The notes under the pieces were generated by a model. That model searched no databases. It was not told the origin of the DNA and saw only the letters and a program-made list of their open reading frames with translations. The translations under genes were made by a program, and so were the position numbers. From a virus (taxonomy: Duplodnaviria > Caudoviricetes): a DNA stretch of 35,379 bases. The DNA lies in IMG/VR virus record IMGVR_UViG_3300018068_000001, positions 1 to 35,379 of that record. The stretch is one strand, 5' to 3'. Numbering within the stretch: position 1 is the stretch's first letter; every line of letters begins with the position of its first letter. Positions 29,305 through 35,379 of this stretch are shown piece by piece.

Positions 29305-30825
29305 TTACTCTGTTACTGTAGATGGCTCAGTAGAGAGCATTCCGGTTGCCCCTTCCATACCTATATCCACCATCTGCATACCTGTATCTCCACCCATCAT
29401 GTCGGTAGGTTCTATAATAGAAGCTGTGGACTTCTCTTCCCCTATTCTCTCTATCTCCTCTATAGCTGCTTCAAGATCTTCTGGATCTTGATCAGACAAT
29501 ATAAGCCTGGTCCATTTCTGCAAGGCGAGTGCATTAGCAAGGGGAGGTAGAGCAAGTTTAAGGTACTTATCCAGAGTATCTACTTCGATGGTGATATTAC
29601 CTGGGGCAAAATCTGTCGGGAAATCTGCCTCATAATCCAGAGTCTCTCCCGTATATAAACAAAAGAGATCAAAGATAGCATAATCTACTTTTTTGGCAAG
29701 TGCTGATGCTTTTTGCAATACAGTCTCATGACCATAAAACTTATAAGCTTCTGCTACTCCACTAGCTTCACTCTTTACCGCTGTGACACCACTCTGCTCT
29801 GCGAGTTTATACATATCATCCCTCATCTTCTCAGCATTGATCATGAGGCCTATAAGGATAGATGGATTCGGGGAAATGAATGTTGGCATGTTAGTTGTCT
29901 CATTTGAGATATACAGCACATTTTTATTACCAATACTGATATTACCGCCTCTGTCACTCTGGATACATAGTAAGCTAAATGACTGGGATCTCTCCAAGTC
30001 TCTCACCTCTGACTCCTTGTTATAAATAGCAAGTGCTATCCTGCTTATATCATAGTGAGGAGGGGATACGCATAGCTTGGTCTTATCTCTACGTACTGAC
30101 TTGTACACAGGGATCACCGGGATCACTCCTAACCCATGCACTATAGGGGGAGCATAAGCCGTATAACTATCCCTTGTCTTAGTTACTACCTGGGAATATT
30201 CAGATGTCCATGTACGATACGTTTGTATCTGTTTTTTGTTTGATGATACTTTGATATCGATAAATGTGATCGATCTTATATTCCCCCATTTATCCAATAT
30301 GCTACTATCTACATCAAGTGCATTTTTGATCATGATGTATGGATATATCCTATCCTGTCGTGCTGCCATCATAGTCTCAGGCATATCATCTGCCCGAAAA
30401 TTATCCATCACTATAAATGCCTGGCCGTGTCGGTTCACAGTGCAAAGGGTTTCCTGTAGAGCTTGGTCTAAATTTGTACCATTGTTATCAGTATCCTCAA
30501 TGAAGGAAGAAAACAGAGATGCTGTATCTACTTTTCTTGATACCACATCGGCGAATACCGGGTCAAGCATGGCATTTAAGATAGGCTTAACAAAATTCTT
30601 ATAGGTACTGATCTGTCTACGGGCATTGTAAAACATCTCTCTTAGATGTGGGCTCAAGTAAGTCCCATCCCCGAATCCTGCTTCCCCATAATATGCGTCA
30701 TCCATAAATTTATAGGGTGATACAGTATGAGGATTTACATATAATAAAGTATCATCATAGGTTGGGTCAACCTGGGTATTAGATATCATTGAGTTATTTA
30801 TGATCTGTTCGTTTTCTGCATCCAT
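29305..30825 (-). CDS. Portal protein
   Basis: 506 aa after terL; HGLGVIPVIP, ASGVA, FPTDF motifs. Confidence 0.85.
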   Translation of the reverse strand: MDAENEQIINNSMISNTQVDPTYDDTLLYVNPHTVSPYKFMDDAYYGEAGFGDGTYLSPHLREMFYNARRQISTYKNFVKPILNAMLDPVFADVVSRKVDTASLFSSFIEDTDNNGTNLDQALQETLCTVNRHGQAFIVMDNFRADDMPETMMAARQDRIYPYIMIKNALDVDSSILDKWGNIRSITFIDIKVSSNKKQIQTYRTWTSEYSQVVTKTRDSYTAYAPPIVHGLGVIPVIPVYKSVRRDKTKLCVSPPHYDISRIALAIYNKESEVRDLERSQSFSLLCIQSDRGGNISIGNKNVLYISNETTNMPTFISPNPSILIGLMINAEKMRDDMYKLAEQSGVTAVKSEASGVAEAYKFYGHETVLQKASALAKKVDYAIFDLFCLYTGETLDYEADFPTDFAPGNITIEVDTLDKYLKLALPPLANALALQKWTRLILSDQDPEDLEAAIEEIERIGEEKSTASIIEPTDMMGGDTGMQMVDIGMEGATGMLSTEPSTVTE

Positions 30826-30895
30826 TTTTTGATTCCTTTATATAAAAAAGTTTGATATGATCTTTAATAAGCCTCTACGATAGAGGCTATTTAGA

Positions 30896-30937
30896 TTACT
30901 TAGGTTTCTTGACCTTTTTACCACCACCACATGCCAT
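30896..30937 (-). CDS. 13-aa basic micropeptide MACGGGKKVKKPK
   Basis: AAGGAG RBS 6 nt before the ATG; followed by a hairpin at 30870-30888. Confidence 0.5.
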   Translation of the reverse strand: MACGGGKKVKKPK

Positions 30938-30959
30938 GATAATCTCCTTGATTAATTGT

Positions 30960-33131
30960 TTAGAATCGTTCCCTACTTGCACGTACCTCAGTATAGGTCG
31001 AAGCCACTTGATAACTTAACGAAACAGCATCACAATTATGTACTAGAATATGATTAGCATAATACATATGTGCTTCTTCTACTTTTAGATTATAGACAAC
31101 TATATCATTTTTTAAATTTTGTATTTGTCCTATAAATGACATGACATTTTTTTCCACATGTCTTTCTTGGCACACCGTTGATTGCTGCTGGAGTAAATTT
31201 TTCTCCGCAAACAATGCACATAAATACTTTACCAATAGCCAGTATTTTATTATGGTATTTTTGATAACAATATCTACTACAACATGTAGTATCGGACCTA
31301 AATGATAAAAACTCTTTATTACATTCAGCGCATTTAATTTTTGTTTTTTTAACGTTGCCTTCTGCCCATGACTTTTTTGACTGTTTACTGTGCTGCTCTC
31401 TACCCTCTTTTGATGCATGCCAAGATTTTGTAAGATGTCTGATACTCTCAAGATGTTTTTTTTGTGCATCTGTGCATTTACCGATAGATAGCGAGTAATG
31501 TTGCATACTGTGTAACAGCTGTAGATTGCTGTACTCATTATTAGATCGATCCCCATCAATATGATGGATGATATAACCCTCTGGTATCTCAGTTTTATTA
31601 TGTTTTTGCCAAATGTACCTATGTAGTGCAGTAATATACCTTTTTTTGTTGATAGTTTTTTGATGGTAGAAATATCCTTTTCCGAGTCTAAAAAATTTGA
31701 GTCCATCATAAATAACGCTCTTGCTACTACCCATCTCAGTTGTTCCTTTAATGTAATTAAAAATACTGTGCTTTTATAGTACAATATATTAACTGCATCT
31801 AGGCGTATTGTAAGATTATCCCCTTTAGATATAATTGGGTGATTACCAGTACCAGTTAATCCTATGTTTGTTATTACCTTATCTACTTTATGATTTACTA
31901 TATTTTCTACTTTTTTAATCCCGAAGGGGGTTATAACCCAATCCCCTATCCTTAATGTTTCTATTGGTCTATCCCCATATGGGGTAGATATCATAGTGCC
32001 AGCAATAAAACATTGGTCATCGTGATCATGGCTCATATCCGTGGTAAACTCATTGCACTCATCCAGGAATACCCTATTCCACGGACCCTCTACGAGTGCT
32101 ACCTTGCCTAACTCTGCCCGGGTGATCCAAGGGATAGCTCTGTTTAACTTATCTCCCTCTGGTCTCACTGCCTTGATCACATAATTCCTTAGTTCCGGGT
32201 CCCTCTTGAGCTCATCGATAAATCCCTGCTGCTGCCCAGATGCTTCTATAACTATGATAGTAGATATCCCGTCACTCTTAGCTGTTTCTATGATACGTTT
32301 CCGGAGCTCTGGGAATTCGAGTTTAGCCCTAAAGATATTACCTATTACAAAAGTATCCCCCACCCACTGTGATAAAGCTCCTACTGAATAATCCGCTGAA
32401 AGCTTTATACTGACTGCTAAATCCCAAGCCCTCACTGCCTGAGTAAATCTTACTGGTTTGATTATCCGGAACCAAGCTTCTTGGATAGTACCTGCACCGA
32501 TTACTACGATATCCCCATCAAGTTCCTGCTGGGCAAACTTAGTGAAATACCTCTTACGTAGATCCTCCTCGTATCCTTTGGGGAGAAAAGCATTCTCAGA
32601 AGTTTTTTGGTGTATGATTTCTATTGTTGGGTCATCAGATACCTCTAGTGCATACACCCAGTTCTTTCCCTTAGGAGAACTTATAAGATGCCACTGACCA
32701 TCCTCACATTCACTCATACGCCCGATACATATCAAAAAAATGTCATCAGCTTTAAACTGCCGTGCCTCATCGATAAATACATCTGCTACTTCAAGTCCCC
32801 TGAGTGCATCAGGACTATCCCCCGATCTCAAAAAGATATAGGTACCCATAAGGACCACTATCATATCAGTGAGATTTATTGTGTAATGCTCATACTCTTT
32901 TAAACCATGTTCCTCTAACGTCTTCCTCAAGGTGATAAGTATGGTATCCTTGAGAGTCCGATAAGAAAAACTCACTATAAGTTGGGTCCTCTTTTGAAGA
33001 GCATTTCGTACTGCTTTGATACAGGCTACTTTTGATTTGCCTGATCGGATCCCTGCACGAAAGATGATACCCTTCTTTTTTGAACGCATAAATATGGTCT
33101 GCTTGGGATTAAGGGGGATATTGAGTATCAT
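30960..33131 (-). CDS. terL: Terminase large subunit containing an intein
   Basis: Walker A AGIRSGKS, Walker B VFIDEA, coupling motif SSPKG, nuclease AWDLA and HDDQ|CDA. Confidence 0.95.
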   Translation of the reverse strand: MILNIPLNPKQTIFMRSKKKGIIFRAGIRSGKSKVACIKAVRNALQKRTQLIVSFSYRTLKDTILITLRKTLEEHGLKEYEHYTINLTDMIVVLMGTYIFLRSGDSPDALRGLEVADVFIDEARQFKADDIFLICIGRMSECEDGQWHLISSPKGKNWVYALEVSDDPTIEIIHQKTSENAFLPKGYEEDLRKRYFTKFAQQELDGDIVVIGAGTIQEAWFRIIKPVRFTQAVRAWDLAVSIKLSADYSVGALSQWVGDTFVIGNIFRAKLEFPELRKRIIETAKSDGISTIIVIEASGQQQGFIDELKRDPELRNYVIKAVRPEGDKLNRAIPWITRAELGKVALVEGPWNRVFLDECNEFTTDMSHDHDDQCFIAGTMISTPYGDRPIETLRIGDWVITPFGIKKVENIVNHKVDKVITNIGLTGTGNHPIISKGDNLTIRLDAVNILYYKSTVFLITLKEQLRWVVARALFMMDSNFLDSEKDISTIKKLSTKKGILLHYIGTFGKNIIKLRYQRVISSIILMGIDLIMSTAIYSCYTVCNITRYLSVNAQMHKKNILRVSDILQNLGMHQKRVESSTVNSQKSHGQKATLKKQKLNALNVIKSFYHLGPILHVVVDIVIKNTIIKYWLLVKYLCALFAEKNLLQQQSTVCQERHVEKNVMSFIGQIQNLKNDIVVYNLKVEEAHMYYANHILVHNCDAVSLSYQVASTYTEVRASRERF
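31035..32012 (-). mobile_element. Intein (326 aa) in TerL
   Basis: Starts CFIAGTMISTPYGDRPIETLRIGDWV, has block B TGNHP, ends VYNLKVEEAHMYYANHILVHN followed by Cys+1. Confidence 0.93.
31105..31734 (-). CDS. HNH endonuclease with C-terminal Cys4 zinc-ribbon repeats, nested out of frame within the intein
   Basis: LHRYIW...IIHHIDGDRSNNEYSNLQLL...H; CAEC..CCSRYC..CIVC..TCGKKC; own AAGGA RBS. Confidence 0.88.
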   Translation of the reverse strand: MGSSKSVIYDGLKFFRLGKGYFYHQKTINKKRYITALHRYIWQKHNKTEIPEGYIIHHIDGDRSNNEYSNLQLLHSMQHYSLSIGKCTDAQKKHLESIRHLTKSWHASKEGREQHSKQSKKSWAEGNVKKTKIKCAECNKEFLSFRSDTTCCSRYCYQKYHNKILAIGKVFMCIVCGEKFTPAAINGVPRKTCGKKCHVIYRTNTKFKK

Positions 33132-33134
33132 TAC

Positions 33135-33719
33135 CTAATCTCCCAGAGCATCTACGATAGAGCCTGGTTCCAGAGTGCTCCCTGGGAATTTCCCTTCCAG
33201 CCCCTTTATCACTTCTTGATAAACTATCTGCAGACCATCCAAACTATGACCATTACTGGTGACATCTACCTTATCACTCCACATACCCAAATATCTTCCT
33301 AAGAGTTCTAGAGCTTTTTCTGCTGAGTGTAGAGTGATACTTGCACCAAACTGACTTTGTTTAATGGACTGGATCAGTCTCCCATTGACCTTACCATCTA
33401 ACTTTCGTAAGCTACCATCTGGATTCAGAAAATCCTTGATGTCGACACACGCTATTTCCCGAAGTCGAGCGATCACAAAAGCCACCTGCTCCTGGTTCTT
33501 TTCAGCTATATCTTTGGTGTAATACGCAAGGTATCTCTTTACTTGGGGCTTCTGCAACTCTTTGGGACCCACGGTGTGACAAGACTTTACAGGGTAACCT
33601 GCTTGACGTGCAGCTTTACTTTTGTTCCAGCATAAGACATACTCGTGCACTAAATTGATTTGTCTTTGTGATAAATTGGAAAAATCCTCGGGATCTGTAG
33701 CGATCTTGGTACTGCCCAT
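33135..33719 (-). CDS. terS: Terminase small subunit
   Basis: LSQRQ..VHEYV..WNKSKAARQAGY...KPQVKRYL...KALELLGRYLGMW. Confidence 0.92.
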   Translation of the reverse strand: MGSTKIATDPEDFSNLSQRQINLVHEYVLCWNKSKAARQAGYPVKSCHTVGPKELQKPQVKRYLAYYTKDIAEKNQEQVAFVIARLREIACVDIKDFLNPDGSLRKLDGKVNGRLIQSIKQSQFGASITLHSAEKALELLGRYLGMWSDKVDVTSNGHSLDGLQIVYQEVIKGLEGKFPGSTLEPGSIVDALGD

Positions 33720-33811
33720 GTATACCTCCAGGGTGGTATGGGTATATGATTGATAGGGATCTCCAGGATCCCTTGGTTATATTTATATAATACTGTGATA
33801 TCATGAGATTA

Positions 33812-34300
33812 TTAAGTAGACTGGTATTTAGCCCACTGTACTCTGAGCTTTTTACGATAAAAGCTTACTCCTGACTTTGTCATGGAATGATCTTTTGCTA
33901 TGGTACTTTTATCCTTATCCTCTATAAGATCTTTTGCGATGGCTTTGTCCATACCTGTAAGTCCCATTATAAACGTTTGAAGATCTATGGTAGAACCTTC
34001 TCCAGAAATGGTGGGGGGTAATAGATCATCTGATATCTGTACTGTGATGTGTATTTTTTTTGCGTGATATCTATCATATATAAAATTTTTTATACTCTGG
34101 TATAGGTAAGTATCAAAGGAGGACTTTTGAGGATCATATCGTAGTAATAGATTATTATTTTTTATTTTTATATAGAAATCTGAGATGATCCCAGAAATTT
34201 CTTCTGCTGCTATTCTTTTCTTTATGATAAAAATACAGCATCTGGTTAGTTGATCATAATTTTTTACGATAAATTCATCTGGGCACTTTGATGGGATCAT
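33812..34300 (-). CDS. Sigma-70 family (ECF-sized) sigma-factor-like protein, 162 aa
   Basis: Region-2-like RYDPQKSSFDTYLYQSIKNFIYD and region-4-like STIAKDHSMTKSGVSFYRKKL. Start set at ATG 34300 because the upstream in-frame codons are CRISPR repeats. Confidence 0.75.
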   Translation of the reverse strand: MIPSKCPDEFIVKNYDQLTRCCIFIIKKRIAAEEISGIISDFYIKIKNNNLLLRYDPQKSSFDTYLYQSIKNFIYDRYHAKKIHITVQISDDLLPPTISGEGSTIDLQTFIMGLTGMDKAIAKDLIEDKDKSTIAKDHSMTKSGVSFYRKKLRVQWAKYQST

Positions 34301-34318
34301 ATATAACAATATAACATA

Positions 34319-34797
34319 TGATTCATCTCCATGTGTGTGAGGAATATTTTGATAGTTTTCTGGTTCATCCCCGCGTGTGTGGGGAACATTACTGCAATAT
34401 ACCCGGTTCATCCCCGCGTGTGTGGGAGACACATTTAATTTTTAAATGTATATTAAAAGTGTTCGGTTCATCCCCGCGTGTATAGGGAGCACTACATAAG
34501 GAGGTTCATCCCCGCGTGTGTGGAGAACACCAATTAATTCAAACAATAGTATCAGTTTTACAAGGTTCATCCCCGCGTGTGTGGGGAACACAAAAAGATC
34601 AAATCCTGAATCGGTGGGAAAAGCGGTTCATCCTCGCGTGTGTGGGGAACACTTTGTGGATAGTAAACCCATATAATAAATGACCGGTTCATCCCCGCAT
34701 GCGTGGAGAACACACCATGATTTAGTGCATCTATAATGTTTTTGTACTGTATACTGTACCACTATAGACGGTTCATCCCCGCGTGTGTGGGGAACAC
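34319..34797 (-). CRISPR. CRISPR array, 9 repeats of 29 bp (consensus GTGTTCCCCACACACGCGGGGATGAACCG), type I-E-like
   Basis: Repeats start (+ coordinates) at 34319 (degenerate, 8 transitions), 34361, 34404, 34464, 34502, 34563, 34624, 34685 and 34769. Spacers are 13, 14, 31, 9, 32, 32, 32 and 55 nt. Close to the E. coli I-E repeat GTGTTCCCCGCGCCAGCGGGGATAAACCG. Confidence 0.95.
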
Positions 34798-34835
34798 TTT
34801 GTGGATAACTGGTACCCACACAACTGTCAAAGAAC

Positions 34836-34923
34836 GTGTTCTCTACATACGCGAGACATTTCCCACTTCACAGACCCAGTTACCCGGCATCTCCATGGGC
34901 ACACCCCGGCGAACCTGCCGGTG
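34836..34923 (-). ncRNA. omegaRNA-derived, tracrRNA-like scaffold with anti-repeat
   Basis: Immediately 3' of the tnpB stop: hairpin CCGGC-AGGTTC-GCCGG, then GCCCATGGAGA...TCTGTGAAGTGGGAA (IS200/IS605 omegaRNA-like), then TCTCGCGTATGTAGAGAACAC, complementary to the repeat. Confidence 0.75.
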
Positions 34924-34933
34924 AATTTTTCTA

Positions 34934-35379
34934 TTATCTGTGCAGCATATTTAGTGCTGCGTTAGTATCCATGTTTTTTATAAACCCACATTTGGCACAT
35001 TTAAATCTTCTATATTTCTCATAAATATTCTCAGGTCCAGTATGCCCACAAGAGCTACATTCCTGGGTTATATAGGGGACTGATTTTTTAGTGACTGTAT
35101 GTCCTAATCTGTTCGATTTGTATTCCAGCATAATCCCTAATTGTCCCCATCCCTGTCGTAATTGTGCCCTGTTAAAATTAATTTTAATCTGGACATCAGT
35201 ACCTGGCTGTTCAATGGTGCCCTTAGCTGATTTAGTCATCTGCTTTATTTTATAATCTTCTATTGAAATATCCCCATAATGGGAAACTATGTGCCGTGAT
35301 GTCTGATGATTGAAGTTTAACCTGATATCCGCCATGGCATGATCTAATCTATCTATTTGCTTTTTTTGTTGAAGCCAAT
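34934..35379 (-). CDS. tnpB: TnpB-family protein, C-terminal part (RuvC-II, zinc ribbon, RuvC-III)
   Basis: ISIEDY (RuvC-II E298), MTKSAKGT, GWGQLGIMLEYK, ITQECSSCG..FKCAKCG, NMDTNAALN (RuvC-III D395). Confidence 0.95.
   Translation of the reverse strand, partial: WLQQKKQIDRLDHAMADIRLNFNHQTSRHIVSHYGDISIEDYKIKQMTKSAKGTIEQPGTDVQIKINFNRAQLRQGWGQLGIMLEYKSNRLGHTVTKKSVPYITQECSSCGHTGPENIYEKYRRFKCAKCGFIKNMDTNAALNMLHR
35320..35379. repeat. Terminal direct repeat, copy 2
   Basis: Identical to 1-60. Confidence 0.97.

Noticed and set aside
34301-34432. 44-aa N-terminal extension of the sigma-like ORF
   Set aside because: It is translated CRISPR repeats (VPHTRGDEP); ATG 34300 is the more plausible start.
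34628-35024. Short ORFs over the array and scaffold
   Set aside because: Translations of repeat and ncRNA sequence, or antisense to tnpB.
35320-35379. Biological terminal repeat of the virion DNA
   Set aside because: An exact 60-bp overlap in the middle of a gene is more simply an assembly circularisation overlap.

Overview
This window is most likely a complete, circularly assembled tailed (siphovirus-like) phage genome. Bases 1-60 are repeated exactly at 35320-35379, giving a unit length of 35,319 bp. The minus strand carries an ordered virion module: terS, intein-containing terL, portal, scaffold, P22-coat-like capsid, head-tail genes, tail tube, frameshifted tail chaperones, tape measure, four collagen-like proteins, a LamG protein and a large tail protein. 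The plus strand (about 2.4-7.0 kb) carries small early or regulatory genes, including a Rha-type antirepressor. The standout feature spans the contig junction and is only partly shown in the ORF track: a 405-aa TnpB-family protein (832->1, continuing 35319->34934) whose RuvC-I catalytic Asp is replaced by Asn (VGINRG). Downstream on the same strand come (i) an omegaRNA-like scaffold ending in an anti-repeat, (ii) a 9-repeat CRISPR array with type I-E-like 29-bp repeats and irregular 9-55 nt spacers, and (iii) a sigma-70-like gene. The scaffold's 5' hairpin loop is complementary to the repeat's 3' end. Together these suggest a phage-borne, nuclease-dead TnpB that uses borrowed type I-E repeats as crRNAs for RNA-guided gene regulation. 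Protein calls come from motif recognition and gene order only; no database searches were run.
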